From an uncultured delta proteobacterium (GTDB lineage: Bacteria; Desulfobacterota; RBG-13-43-22): a stretch of 64,000 bases of DNA. Shown here one piece after another: positions 33,016 through 44,000 of the stretch. The notes beneath the pieces are model-generated. The model searched no databases. It saw only the letters and a list, made by a program, of their open reading frames with translations, and was not told the origin of the DNA. The stretch covers positions 64,001-128,000 of the forward strand of contig CAVUPH010000010.1 in NCBI GenBank assembly GCA_963743305.1. Reading direction: 5' to 3'. Made by a program: the position numbers and the translations under genes. The first letter of the stretch is position 1. The number at the start of each line of letters is the position of its first letter.

Positions 33016-33921
33016 TTAAAACAAGTGGTCGGAAAGGGGCATCCTTTGATAACCCTTATTTCTGGCCCAGAGATCCAGATGCGTCGTCACCAAGTCGTCC
33101 AGCAGGGGGAGAGGATCCACCCGCCGTTCCCTCAGGTCGATGATTTTCAAATAATGCTTGCAGGCCTCGCAAACCTCCAGGCGAAGGCCCTTCTCTTTTT
33201 CCGAGAAAAAATAGTGAAAATTCTCTTGCTCCGTGTTGTCGCAGTAGGGGCAGACGAACCGGGGGAGAACCCAGGTAAATTCGCAGACGGAACAGGTCCC
33301 GAAGCGTTTTCCCCCTTCCTCCAGATAGGCCAGCAGGGGTCTGCCGCCGCAGACCGGGCAATAACCCTTGGACCAGGTGGCCCAGTCCAACTCGGGATCC
33401 CGGGCCAGGACCTGAGCCTGATTTTTGAGGAAAGGCTTCCAGGCGGCTAAAAAAAGGAACAATAGAATCTCGGGATCCAGACCGCAGGAGGCCGCCGCCT
33501 GAATAAAGGGTTGACCATCCTCCTCAAACAAAAGGGTCAGCCAGGGGGCCAGGCTTCGTCCTTCACCGGCTAACCATTTTTGAATCAAAGGGATTTGTTC
33601 GGTCATTTTGGGATTGGCCGCGCGGGTCCCTTTGAGGATTTCATGAAAAAGGTTTCGGAAACGAACGGCGTCGACCGGAAAATTTTTAAAAGAAAAAATT
33701 GGAAACCCCTCATTGAATTTAAGGCGTTTAAGCGGTTCAGTGTTGGGAAGCGCTTCCCCGGAGTCTTGGGCCATAAACGCCGACTGGATGGACAACAACT
33801 TTTCCCAAAAGTCCAAAAAGGGCTCGTACTGAGGATGTCTTTTCTTGTCTTCCTCAATCCGCTGCCTTATTTTTTCAGGGTCTGCAAAAGGGAATGAATT
33901 ATTCATGGTAATTTGAGTCAA
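33016..33921 (-). CDS. fdhE: Formate dehydrogenase accessory protein FdhE
   Basis: CPVCG, CSVC, CPYC and CEACKHYLK motifs. Confidence 0.85.
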   Translation of the reverse strand: MTQITMNNSFPFADPEKIRQRIEEDKKRHPQYEPFLDFWEKLLSIQSAFMAQDSGEALPNTEPLKRLKFNEGFPIFSFKNFPVDAVRFRNLFHEILKGTRAANPKMTEQIPLIQKWLAGEGRSLAPWLTLLFEEDGQPFIQAAASCGLDPEILLFLFLAAWKPFLKNQAQVLARDPELDWATWSKGYCPVCGGRPLLAYLEEGGKRFGTCSVCEFTWVLPRFVCPYCDNTEQENFHYFFSEKEKGLRLEVCEACKHYLKIIDLRERRVDPLPLLDDLVTTHLDLWARNKGYQRMPLSDHLF

Positions 33922-34075
33922 TATGGGTTATTTTTTATCATCTTGTCAATTTTTTCCCTTAAAAGCAAGCCTTTCCTGACCGAAATTAAAGGGGGGGAGG
34001 GCGAAATCGGCGTTCGGCGGGTTATCGTTTTATAACCGTTCTAAGTTCAATCCATTACTGAAGGGAGGTTTTGTC

Positions 34076-34510
34076 ATGCTGAAAGAGTTCAAGGAATTTG
34101 CCATGAAGGGGAATGTGCTGGACATGGCGGTGGGCATCATCATCGGGGCCGCCTTCGGGAAGATCGTCAGTTCTTTCGTGGCCGATGTGATTATGCCGCC
34201 CATCGGACTGTTGCTGGGGAAAATGGATTTCAGCGAGCTTTTTATCAACCTCTCCGGCAAATCGGTGGCCACTCTGGCGGAGGCCAAGGCCGCCGGTGTA
34301 CCGGTCATCAAGTACGGGCTATTTTTCAATACCATTATCGACTTTGTGATTATTGCCTTGGCGATTTTTCTGGTGATCCAGCAGATCAACCGGCTTAAAA
34401 AGGCGCCGCCACCGGCGCCGCTCAATACCAAGGATTGCCCGTTCTGCTTTTCGGCCATCCCGATCAAGGCGACTCGTTGTCCCCAGTGTACATCGGAATT
34501 AAAAGATTAA
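34076..34510 (+). CDS. mscL: Large-conductance mechanosensitive channel with C-terminal zinc ribbon
   Basis: [24 protein letters not shown]; CPFC..RCPQCTS. Confidence 0.95.
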   Translation: MLKEFKEFAMKGNVLDMAVGIIIGAAFGKIVSSFVADVIMPPIGLLLGKMDFSELFINLSGKSVATLAEAKAAGVPVIKYGLFFNTIIDFVIIALAIFLVIQQINRLKKAPPPAPLNTKDCPFCFSAIPIKATRCPQCTSELKD

Positions 34511-35316
34511 GTCCCGGATTTTCTCCCGCGACAACAGATAACCGGGGTATAGGTGAAACGCCGAGGATCATGGAAAAATGATTGGAACTCGGAATGAAAA
34601 CCTTGAAAACCGTTTTCATACTCCTTAAACCCATATCCCGATTGTCGGGCGGCAATCTCCACCTTTTGAGTCCAGTTGAAGAGGTCTTTTTCCTTGACCT
34701 TGCCGTAGATCAGATGATGGGAGTCCATCTTAACCCGGATTTCGGAAAAATTCAGGTCGAACAAATAAGAATATAGCTTCCGTCCAGCATAAGGGTCAAA
34801 GTCGGCTCGCTGTTCCAGGTGCTGTATCACTCCGTTCATCGCCTTTTCCAGGGTAGATGAAAACCCGAAATGAGACAGACAGTTATAGTCCAGATCGATC
34901 AAACAAAGAATCCCTTCCGGTTTGAGGGCGGAATAAATATTTCTGACGATTTCGAACCCGGAAGAGCGATAGTATTCCAACACAAAGCGGACCCAAATAA
35001 AATCAAAAGGACCGTGCGCATCGAGCGATTCCCGGATATCTCCGGTGACAAAATCCAACCCCGGGGAAGGAAAATGAATTCTGGCATAGTCAATTCGCTG
35101 TGCGGAGATGTCGATCCCCAAGGTGGATCCCCCCGGCTGAACCAGACGGTTCAAATAATAACTGGTCTTGCCCGGACCACAGCCAAAATCCCCCACCTTC
35201 ATTCCCGCTTGGATTCCGGCCCAGCGGGCAAATTTTTGAACAGTTCGGGGATCTGTTTTGATGTCCAGACGGATCGATTCGTCTTCGCTTTCCATTACAT
35301 ACGGCTGCCGTGTCAT
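34507..35316 (-). CDS. Class I SAM-dependent methyltransferase
   Basis: [24 protein letters not shown]. Confidence 0.88.
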   Translation of the reverse strand: MTRQPYVMESEDESIRLDIKTDPRTVQKFARWAGIQAGMKVGDFGCGPGKTSYYLNRLVQPGGSTLGIDISAQRIDYARIHFPSPGLDFVTGDIRESLDAHGPFDFIWVRFVLEYYRSSGFEIVRNIYSALKPEGILCLIDLDYNCLSHFGFSSTLEKAMNGVIQHLEQRADFDPYAGRKLYSYLFDLNFSEIRVKMDSHHLIYGKVKEKDLFNWTQKVEIAARQSGYGFKEYENGFQGFHSEFQSFFHDPRRFTYTPVICCRGRKSGT

Positions 35317-35597
35317 GTTGAATTTCCTTCTCGGGGGTATGGTCTTTTTTCGATGAAAAGGAGGTCCAGATGTTTATTGGGAGTGATAGGACCAAAGATA
35401 GTGTAAACGTATTCTTCCGGCCGGTGTGGCCGGTAAGGCCGGGGCTCAATCCTTCTGCCAGAGCGGAAGTAAATACCTGTTGGGGATAGGTCCCGGAATG
35501 AGTTTCGAAAGAGAATCCGAATTCCCGGCCGGCTAATTGAATAAAAAGGTAAACGACAGATGCGCTCTTCCCCTCGATGAAAATGATCCACCTCCAT
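35313..35597 (-). pseudogene. Possible degenerate PilZ-domain remnant
   Basis: RGEER (RxxxR) followed by DLSPTG (DxSxxG); the rest is not convincing. Confidence 0.3.
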
Positions 35598-35629
35598 CCC
35601 TAAGCGGGCTTCTTAGGGATGGAGGTGGA
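35587..35629. terminator. 18-bp perfect hairpin downstream of the response regulator
   Basis: TCCACCTCCATCCCTAAG-CGGGCTT-CTTAGGGATGGAGGTGGA. Confidence 0.7.
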
Positions 35630-35638
35630 GGTTTTTGT

Positions 35639-36268
35639 TCAAGCCAAGCCATTCTGGAGCGCGTAACGGATCAACTCGGCATTATTTTTCATATTCATCT
35701 TTTCCATGATGCGGGAGCGGTAGGTGCTGATCGTCTTGATGCTCAGAGAGAGCTCCTCCGCCACTTCCTTGAGCCGCTTTCCGGAGGCAATCATGGACAT
35801 GACCTGATATTCCCGGTCGGAAAGGTTCTCGTGAGGCGATTTCTCCGCATTGATTTCCAGGTCGGTGGCCAGTTTTTCGGCTAAACTGTTGCTCACGTAT
35901 TTACGCCCCCGGGCCACTTTGCGAATCGCCGCCACCAGTTCCTCGGGGACGCTCTCTTTGGTCAGGTACCCGGCCGCCCCCAATTTCAAAACCCGCACGG
36001 CGTACTGATCCTCGGGGTAAATACTCAGCACCAGGACGGGCAACTTTGGTTTTTTGCTCTTTAATTCCTTAAGAATGTCCAGTCCGTTCCGGCCGGGCAT
36101 GGAAATGTCCAAGAGGACGATGTCAAAATCTTTCTTTCCGACTTTTACCAGGACGTCCTTCCCGGTACCGGCTTCATCGGCGACCGTCATATCGGGGTAC
36201 TCGGAAAGGATTTGTTTGAGTCCCTGGCGGACAATGGGATGGTCATCGGCGACTAATATTCTTATCAT
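35639..36268 (-). CDS. NarL/UvrY-family response regulator
   Basis: ADDHPIVRQG, DISMPG, LSDREYQV..KTISTYRSRI. Confidence 0.93.
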   Translation of the reverse strand: MIRILVADDHPIVRQGLKQILSEYPDMTVADEAGTGKDVLVKVGKKDFDIVLLDISMPGRNGLDILKELKSKKPKLPVLVLSIYPEDQYAVRVLKLGAAGYLTKESVPEELVAAIRKVARGRKYVSNSLAEKLATDLEINAEKSPHENLSDREYQVMSMIASGKRLKEVAEELSLSIKTISTYRSRIMEKMNMKNNAELIRYALQNGLA

Positions 36269-38531
36269 GGTATTGCCCCCTTCTGTTCAAAGGAATTTCA
36301 ACAGAAATTCTTGTCCCTCCTTGAGGGATTCCCCGAATGTGAATGGTCCCGCCCCGGGCGTAGACCCGCTCGCGCATGCCGATTAAACCCAACGAGCGGG
36401 GGTCATTGATCCGGTCTTCGGAAATTCCCAGACCATTATCACTCACACTTAATCTTACCTGGTTTTTCATTTTTTTCAAAGTTATTTTCACCGCCTGGGC
36501 CTCCGCGTGGCGGATGATATTGGTCAACATTTCCTGAACCAGACGAAAAATCAAGGTGGAATCCTCATGATCCAGGGTTAACTGCCGGGGGGAGATGATC
36601 AGTGCCCCCGTCAGACCGGTACGGTCTTGGAAGTCCTTCAGCTGCCATTCCAGGGTGGCGGTCAAGCCCAGGTGTTCCAGCAAGGGGGGGCGTAGTTCCT
36701 TGGAAATATTTTGAATCGTATGGATCGTTCCGTCGATCAAACGGGTGATGGATTTGATTTTTTCGGACAGGGCCGGTTGATCGGGAGACAGACGCTGGTG
36801 AAGCCAAAACAGATCCATTTTCATGGCGGTCAGTTGCTGACCCAGATCGTCGTGAATACGCCGGGAGATTTCTTTTTTCTCTTTTTCCAGAATGGTCTGC
36901 AGGTGTTCCGAAAGATCCCGCAGTTGTCTCCGGGAAGCTTTCAGGGCCAGTTCGGTAGCCTTGCGCTGAGTAATATCCTGCACCAGCGAAAAAATTCGGG
37001 GACCCTCTTTACCGTTCACCCGTGTGGCGTTGATCTCCACTGGTGTCCGCTGGCCACGTGGATCCCGGTAGGTAATTTCTAGGCCACGAATAAATCCCCT
37101 TCTCAAACATTCCCTGACCGCGGCCAGGTTTTTCTCCCGCTCACTCTCCTCCGTCCATTCCTCGACTCCCCGGCCGATAATTTCCTTCGGACGATGATGT
37201 CCGGTCAACCGGGCATATTTTAGGTTGGCGTCCAGGACTTGGCCCTTTTCATTCAAAATAACAAACCCGGTTTCCGTTGTTTCGATCAGGGTACGGTACC
37301 GTTCCTGGCTTTCCCGCAGAAGGTCCTGGGCTTCTTTGCTCTTGGTAATATCCGTGGCAAAGACCAGTGAAGCCGGCCGGTTCTCCCAGCCGATCAATTT
37401 GAGGTTCAGACGAAAAAACCGTATCGCTCCATTTTTATGCAGGAACCTGATCTCGTACCGGCTGGGCGCTTTTTGCCCTTTCAAACGGCGAAGATGGTTG
37501 TTTTGGACTATGGCTCGGTCGTCGGGATGTATAAAATCCAGAAAAGACCTGGTCATCTGTTCCTGGATGGAATAACCTGAAATCCCCACTGACTTGGGAT
37601 TGGCAAATTTGACCTGGTCGTCCTGAATCACCAGGATGGCTTCATCGGCGGTTTCCACCACCTGCCGGTAGCGCTCTTCGGCCTTTTTCCTGACCGTGAT
37701 ATCCTGAACAATCCCTTGAAAATAGAGACGGTTCCCTGAAAAATCCTTTAACAAATAGGCCTGGTCAAAGACCCAGAGGGTGTGTCCGTCCCGGGTCAGC
37801 AACCGGTATTCCTGGATAAAAGGGGCCCCGGTCTTACCGGAATGCCGGGCCGCCTTAGTCAGGCGAGAGCGATCTTCCGGATGGAGCTGTCGGGTCCAGT
37901 TTTTCGGGGTGGACAACCATTCTTCAACCGAATATCCGAGCAGATCCTTTATTTGGGGAGCTATAAAAAACAACTCCGCCGGATTGAAAGGGGAGGCCAA
38001 ATAAGTCACGGCCGGGAGCGTTTCAACCAGGGTCCGGTATTTGAGTTCCGATTCCAGCAGTGCTTTTTCCGTCTGTTTTTGCCCGGTCACATCCGTGGTT
38101 TGAACAACAAATCCTCGAAAAGACCCGTCCTCTGTTATGATCGGCTCCCAGGAGGCCGAGGCGATCCAGATTTCTCCGTTCTTCCTGACGGCCCGGTATT
38201 CAAAATTTCTTCCGCCCTTTTTCTTCCGGTAACCTTGATCGAAGATGCGCTGGACCTTGGCAATATCCTCGGGATGAATCCAGTTGCCGATCTTTTTCAG
38301 GATTTCCGGCGGATAACCGGCGATCTTTTCACAGTTGGGGCTGATGTAATACGTTCGCTTCCGGCGGTCCATGAGGTGCAGGATGCTGGGCAAGGTTTGA
38401 ACGATGGTTTTGAAGCGGATATCCGATTCCTTCAGGGCTTCGGCTGCCTGCTCCAGAGACTCCAAATTACTGGCAGGTTGATGGCAAAGGGTACTTGTCG
38501 AGGATTTAGGTAACACAGAGCGGCGCGGCAT
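36243..38531 (-). CDS. Multi-PAS cytoplasmic sensor histidine kinase (HisKA_3)
   Basis: Four PAS/PAC repeats (HPED/HPDD); RRIHDDLGQQLT; QEMLTNIIRHA; GLIGMRER; start uncertain. Confidence 0.88.
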   Translation of the reverse strand: MPRRSVLPKSSTSTLCHQPASNLESLEQAAEALKESDIRFKTIVQTLPSILHLMDRRKRTYYISPNCEKIAGYPPEILKKIGNWIHPEDIAKVQRIFDQGYRKKKGGRNFEYRAVRKNGEIWIASASWEPIITEDGSFRGFVVQTTDVTGQKQTEKALLESELKYRTLVETLPAVTYLASPFNPAELFFIAPQIKDLLGYSVEEWLSTPKNWTRQLHPEDRSRLTKAARHSGKTGAPFIQEYRLLTRDGHTLWVFDQAYLLKDFSGNRLYFQGIVQDITVRKKAEERYRQVVETADEAILVIQDDQVKFANPKSVGISGYSIQEQMTRSFLDFIHPDDRAIVQNNHLRRLKGQKAPSRYEIRFLHKNGAIRFFRLNLKLIGWENRPASLVFATDITKSKEAQDLLRESQERYRTLIETTETGFVILNEKGQVLDANLKYARLTGHHRPKEIIGRGVEEWTEESEREKNLAAVRECLRRGFIRGLEITYRDPRGQRTPVEINATRVNGKEGPRIFSLVQDITQRKATELALKASRRQLRDLSEHLQTILEKEKKEISRRIHDDLGQQLTAMKMDLFWLHQRLSPDQPALSEKIKSITRLIDGTIHTIQNISKELRPPLLEHLGLTATLEWQLKDFQDRTGLTGALIISPRQLTLDHEDSTLIFRLVQEMLTNIIRHAEAQAVKITLKKMKNQVRLSVSDNGLGISEDRINDPRSLGLIGMRERVYARGGTIHIRGIPQGGTRISVEIPLNRRGQYHDKNISRR

Positions 38532-38588
38532 GAAACTTTCGCACTCCTTTTTTTTGATCAGAAAGACCGGAAGGAGCGGGTAGCAAAG

Positions 38589-39440
38589 TCAGGGAGAAGG
38601 CCACTGCAGCAGCTTTTGGGCATTCCCTCCAAAAATGGCCCGGTAGTCCTCTCCCTCGACCTGAGCTTCCCGCAGTTCCTTTTTATAACGGTCCGGCGCC
38701 AGAAGGGGATAATCGCTCCCGAACAGGATTTTATCGACGCCGAGGATATCGATGGCGTAGCGGTAAATTTCCGGGCGGTAGAGATATGGCGAAGCGGCTG
38801 TATCCACATAGGTATTTTTGAGTACTTCCCGGACTTCCCGTTTCAGGAGTTGATACCACCACAGTCCACCCCCCCAGTGGGCCAGGATGAAATTGGTTTC
38901 CGGAAAGGACTGAATCAATTCATAGAGCTCCCAGGGCGGCAGACGTTCCTTTCCCGGATAAGGGTGGCCCACCGGCTCATTGGTATGGAGCAGCAAGGGA
39001 ACGGCCCAGTCCGCCGCCAGTCGGGCCAGGGGACTGAACAACTCTTTCCAAGCGTGCGGGCTGGAAGAACCATAGAGGGCGAGTTCCCCGATCCCTTTCA
39101 TCCCGGCCCGGAGGCACCTCCGGGCTTCTTCCAAGGTGTCGGGGAGTTCGGGGTTTAAGCAGACGAATCCGACCAGCCGTTGAGGAAAACGGCGTACGGC
39201 TTCTAAAACATACTCGTTGGACCGGCGAATCAGAGCGGACTGTTTCCAGGGAAAGCCGAAAGTTGCGGCCCCCTGGACCTGATGGGTGTCGAGGGCGGCG
39301 ATGAGGCCTTCGCTCGTGGCCAGAGGGGATTTTTTCTGGTCTTCATAGAGGAGCTGAAAGGCCGGTTCGCCGGGGAAGAAGAGTTCCCGACGAGCGACGA
39401 TTTCCGGGGGAAAGATGTGCGTGTGAATATCTATGATCAT
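38589..39440 (-). CDS. Amidohydrolase family 2 protein
   Basis: IDIHTH, GIGE, LLH, LAHWGG, FGSDYP. Confidence 0.88.
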   Translation of the reverse strand: MIIDIHTHIFPPEIVARRELFFPGEPAFQLLYEDQKKSPLATSEGLIAALDTHQVQGAATFGFPWKQSALIRRSNEYVLEAVRRFPQRLVGFVCLNPELPDTLEEARRCLRAGMKGIGELALYGSSSPHAWKELFSPLARLAADWAVPLLLHTNEPVGHPYPGKERLPPWELYELIQSFPETNFILAHWGGGLWWYQLLKREVREVLKNTYVDTAASPYLYRPEIYRYAIDILGVDKILFGSDYPLLAPDRYKKELREAQVEGEDYRAIFGGNAQKLLQWPSP

Positions 39441-41098
39441 CGTTCGGGTTTAGCTCGCCGGGGATGGGGAACTTTTTGGGCCTCCGACACCAGATAATTT
39501 TCGGCGGTTTGCCAATAGTTCGGGGCAACCTGAGGCGGGCTGGATTCCATTTTTTCCAGATCGCTTTCCCGGGACTCCGGCTGGGAGTCGACGGCTTCCG
39601 GTGATTCTTTCTTTTTGAATTCCAGCCGTCCCTCCTCGGGCAAAATATGGGCCTGACCTTCCAGGTGTATGGTCACCTCGTGGCGGGATTCCAGACGAAG
39701 CAGGTCCTCCCGTTTGCGGTTCAACAGGTAATGGGCCACTTCCACCGGTAAAATCCCTTTGACGCTGGATACGGTGCCCTTGGAGATCCCCAGCCAGATT
39801 TTGCGCAGATAGGAAAGGGCGAGGGTTTCCACCGAGCGAACCTGGCCCTTTCCTTGGCAGGTGGGGCAGGTATAATAGGTCCCGAATTGAATGGGCGGTC
39901 GGATACGCTGCCGGGATAATTCCAGGATTCCAAACTTGGAAATGCGTCCGAGGGTCGTGCGGGCCTTGTCCTTTTTTAGGTGGTTCTTAAGTATCCGCTG
40001 AACTTCATTACGGTGCTTAGACTCCTTCATATCGATAAAATCGATCACAATTAATCCGCCCAAATCCCGCAGCCGCAACTGGCGGGCGATCTCCTCGGCC
40101 GCTTCCATATTGGTTTTGAAGGCGGTTTCCTCAATCTGCCGTTCCTTCACCGAGCGGCCGGAGTTGACATCCACCGCGACCAGGGCCTCGGTGGGGTCGA
40201 TGACGATCTGGCCGCCGGACTTTAGATTTACCCTGTTTTGAAAGATGGTCTCGATTTGATTTTCGATCTGGTGCTTGGAAAAAATCGGACGGGTTTCCTT
40301 ATACAGTTTCACCCGGCTGCCGTATTTAGGGTTGATGATTTTCAAAAAATCCCAGACCTGTTTGTAAATTTCTTTGTTATCGATCAGTACTTCCTGGATG
40401 TCCGGAGAAAAGTGATCTCGAACACTGCGGATGGCCAGATCGATTTCCTTGTAGATCAGGGACGGCGCCGGTTGTTCAATGGCCCGGTTTCGGATTTCTT
40501 CCCAGAGCCGCAATAGGTTTTCCAGATTTTTGGACAATTCCCGTTTGGTCTTTCCGTTTCCCGAGGTCCGGACGATGCAACCGATCCCTTCGGGGATCTT
40601 TAATTGGGTCATGATCTCCTTCAAACGGGCCCGCTCCTCTTCGGCCTCGATTTTTCGGGAAATGCCGACCATGGGTTCTCCGGGGGTTAAAACCAGAAAA
40701 TTGCCTGCCAGAGAGAGGTAGGTGGTCAGGGCTACGCCCTTTTTGCCCGTCTCCTCCTTGGTGACCTGGACCAATATCTCCTGGCCCCGGCTGACCATTT
40801 TCTGAATAGAGAGATGGTGCTTGTTGTCTGATCCGCCGGATTCTACGGCCTGCTGGAAATAATCGGAATGGATCTCATCGGCCTGGAGGAACCCGTTTTT
40901 TTCGCCCCCGTAATCGATAAAGGCCGCCTGAAAGGCCGGTTCTACATGGGCTACTATCCCTTTATAAATATTTCCTCGAATCTGTTCCTTGGCGGTGGTT
41001 TCAATATAAAATTCTTCCAGGAGCCCGTCTTCGATCAGGGCTACCCGATATTCCTCCGGGTCGATAGCGTTGATCAGTAATTTTTTTACCGGGGCCAT
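39437..41098 (-). CDS. rne: Rne/Rng family ribonuclease (RNase E/G)
   Basis: GNIYKG, VQVTKE, DVNSG, QLRLRDLGGLIVIDFIDM, CPTCQG zinc link. Confidence 0.9.
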   Translation of the reverse strand: MAPVKKLLINAIDPEEYRVALIEDGLLEEFYIETTAKEQIRGNIYKGIVAHVEPAFQAAFIDYGGEKNGFLQADEIHSDYFQQAVESGGSDNKHHLSIQKMVSRGQEILVQVTKEETGKKGVALTTYLSLAGNFLVLTPGEPMVGISRKIEAEEERARLKEIMTQLKIPEGIGCIVRTSGNGKTKRELSKNLENLLRLWEEIRNRAIEQPAPSLIYKEIDLAIRSVRDHFSPDIQEVLIDNKEIYKQVWDFLKIINPKYGSRVKLYKETRPIFSKHQIENQIETIFQNRVNLKSGGQIVIDPTEALVAVDVNSGRSVKERQIEETAFKTNMEAAEEIARQLRLRDLGGLIVIDFIDMKESKHRNEVQRILKNHLKKDKARTTLGRISKFGILELSRQRIRPPIQFGTYYTCPTCQGKGQVRSVETLALSYLRKIWLGISKGTVSSVKGILPVEVAHYLLNRKREDLLRLESRHEVTIHLEGQAHILPEEGRLEFKKKESPEAVDSQPESRESDLEKMESSPPQVAPNYWQTAENYLVSEAQKVPHPRRAKPER

Positions 41099-44000
41099 TA
41101 AATTTCTCCGTTACCTGAGCGATTTCGGTGCTGTTGGACCTGATACATAAAGGCCTCCAGGCGGGTTTGGGTATTGGTCTGCTCCTGCCCGTCATAAGAC
41201 AGGTTCAGGAAGGGGATATTTTGGTGGTCTTCCCGATACCGCTTGAGCAGGGCGTTGACAATGGTTCCGGGCATGCAGGTAAAAGGCATGATGTTGACTA
41301 ACCCCGAGGCGCCTTTTAAGACATAGTCCGTAGCCTTGCCGATACTTAAGACCGCCTCGCCCTCAAAGGAGGAATCCAGGTAGGGTTTCGCCCTTTTGAG
41401 GGTCAGGCTGATGGATGGCTCCCCGTAATTGCGCAGGGATCCTCGAAAAGTGCTTTCCAGCTCATGCTCCAGTTTGGTCTGGACCCGATGGGTGAGCAGC
41501 ACTTCAATCAGGCTGGAAAATTTCCTTAAACGGATGGCCCGCCAGATGGCGGTGTAGTTGGTATAGAGAATCCACTCGGAAATAGGGGGGAGCCAGGCCT
41601 CACCCCCCAAGGCTTCTATGCCGAGCACTACGTTTTCATTCGAGAACTTGTTGGCCCGGGTGTAAATTTCTCCCACCACGCCGATAACCGGCCTCGAACC
41701 GGGGTCGTTGACCGGCACGTTTTCAAAGGTCCGTCGGGCCGACCACAGCACGGCCGTCAAGTCGCCCCGGGCGGTGATGGTTTTGGCCATTTTCCCCAAG
41801 AAGTGCTGGTAGACCTCCCCGGCTTCACCCGGGCGGGCTTCATAGGGGCGGGTTTCCCGAAGCTTTTTCTCCAGCATGTCGACCGCCACAATTCCCTGCC
41901 AGGCCAGCCGGGTAAAGTCGCTGCCCCCCACCATACCCAGTTCCTGATAGAGGGTCTCGCTCTGGTCCGGCGCGTAGATGGGCACCTCGGGGTAACCCAG
42001 CTCATCCAGAACCAGACGGTGGAAGCGGTGATATTGGCCGAAGCGGCAGGGGCCGGTCCCGGAAGGCATGAAAAAGGAGGCTTTATTAGCATTGAAATCC
42101 GACCGCTGGACCATCTTGGCCATATCCCCGGTGGTTAAGATACAAGGATAACACTCTTTGCCCGAGGTGAGCTTTCGGCCGAGAACCAGCGTCTCCTGGT
42201 CGGAGTCGGGCAGGACTTCGGCTTCCACCCCGCAGGCCCGGAAGGCGGCGGCCACGGCCAGGGATTGGTCGGTCATAGGCGGGATATAGATTTTTCGGCT
42301 GTTGCCGCTGGGGATCCGGGAAACCTTGGTCGGCGCCGCTTTCAGGAGTTTCCGGCCTCGGGTGTTTTTTAGACTATCCAGGAAGGCCTCCAGTCGGGTT
42401 ACCACGCCGGCGTCGGCGCTGTGCTCATCGATTTCAATTTCCAGATAAGGCTTTCCTTTTAAGATGTTTCGAAAGAAATGGAGTATAAAGGAGTCGGGTC
42501 CGCAACTGAAATTGGTGATGTAGATCCCGTAAAGGTTCGGGTTGTGGAGCAAAACATCGGCGGCCCCCAGAATCTTCTGTCCAAAACGCCAGTAATGATG
42601 GCGGGATTCTTCCGGATCGACGGGGGAATCCAGGGGAAAGAAGTCCATGGGAATGGCCAGGATTCCCAAGTCCCGCAATTTTTTGGGGATATTCAAATTG
42701 ATTCCCGGGTCAAAACCGTTGTAGGGGCGGCTGACCACGACCATGGCGATTTCCTCGGGCCCCAGGTCCTGCAGAACTTCCCGTCCCCGATTCAACAGTT
42801 GGGCATAGAAGGCTTCCTGGGCCGCCAGGGCCTTCTCCAGGGCGATGGGCACCAGAAAGGGACTGACTTTCAGGTCCCGGGCCAGCTTGACCAGGCCTTT
42901 TTGCAGGGCCTTATCCCCCCGGCCGAGATATAGAACCGGCTGGAAAAGCTGTACGCCCAGAGCGGCGAGGTTAATGCTGGCCGGTACCGTGTAGGGCAAG
43001 GTTTGGGCATAGGGGCAAACCACTCCCTGGTCATGTTCCTGGTTTTTCGCTTTCAGATCAATGATGCTGGGCAGAAAAAGACGGTCCACCCCCTGCTGGA
43101 TCAATTCCAGGATATGGCCGTGGGCCACTTTGATCGGCAGACAAGTCTCAGCGGCCATGACTTCCACGCCCCGGTGGATAATGGATTTGTTGGTGGGACC
43201 GGAGATCACCACTTCAAAGCCCAATTCGGTCAGGAAGGTCCGGAAGAAGGGCAGCAGTTCCCGGAAAAACATGGTCCGAGGTATCCCAATCTTTCCCTTT
43301 TTCCCGCCGGGATTGCTGTCTTCAGGCCGCCCGACCAGCCATTCTTCCCGCTCGGCAAAAAGGTCGGGCAGGGTTTTGGTGGTGGCGGGTTTCTTGCTGT
43401 CCAGATCATATTTGTCGCAGCGGCTGCCGTAAAACAACGGCCGTTCCCCTTCAATGGTCACCTTTTTAACTTCGCACTGGTTGGGGCAGCTCCGGCATTC
43501 AAAAGAGGAAATCTCATAGCGGCTCTGGGCCAGGTCAAAGCCCTTGAAGCCGCTCTCCGCCCAAGTCTGTTCCCGTAGGGCCAGGATGGCTACCCCGATG
43601 GCCCCGGTAACGTCATTATGTTCCGGGACGATGATCGGTTTCCCCACCACTTTTTCAAAGGCGGCGACAATGCCTTTATTGGAGGCGGTAGCCCCCTGAT
43701 AAAAAATGCGCCGGCCAATACGCCGGTCTTCCACGACCTTGTTCAAATAATTTTGCACGATGGAATAACTCAAGCCGGCCACCAGGTCGGGCTGGTCCAT
43801 CCCTCGTTGTTGATGATGCACCAGGTCGGATTCCATAAAGACCGTACACCGTTCGCCCAGGCGGATAGGCTCCTGGGAAGACAAGGCCAAATCGCCGAAT
43901 TCCCCGCGAATCGAAATGCCCAACTTTTCGGCCTGCTCTTCCAGAAAGGAACCGGTTCCGGCCGCACAGACCTTGTTCATCATAAAGTCCACGATGGCCC

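Noticed and set aside
34024-34051. ModE box upstream of mscL/fdhE
   Set aside because: Only one half-site (ATCGTTTTATA) resembles the consensus
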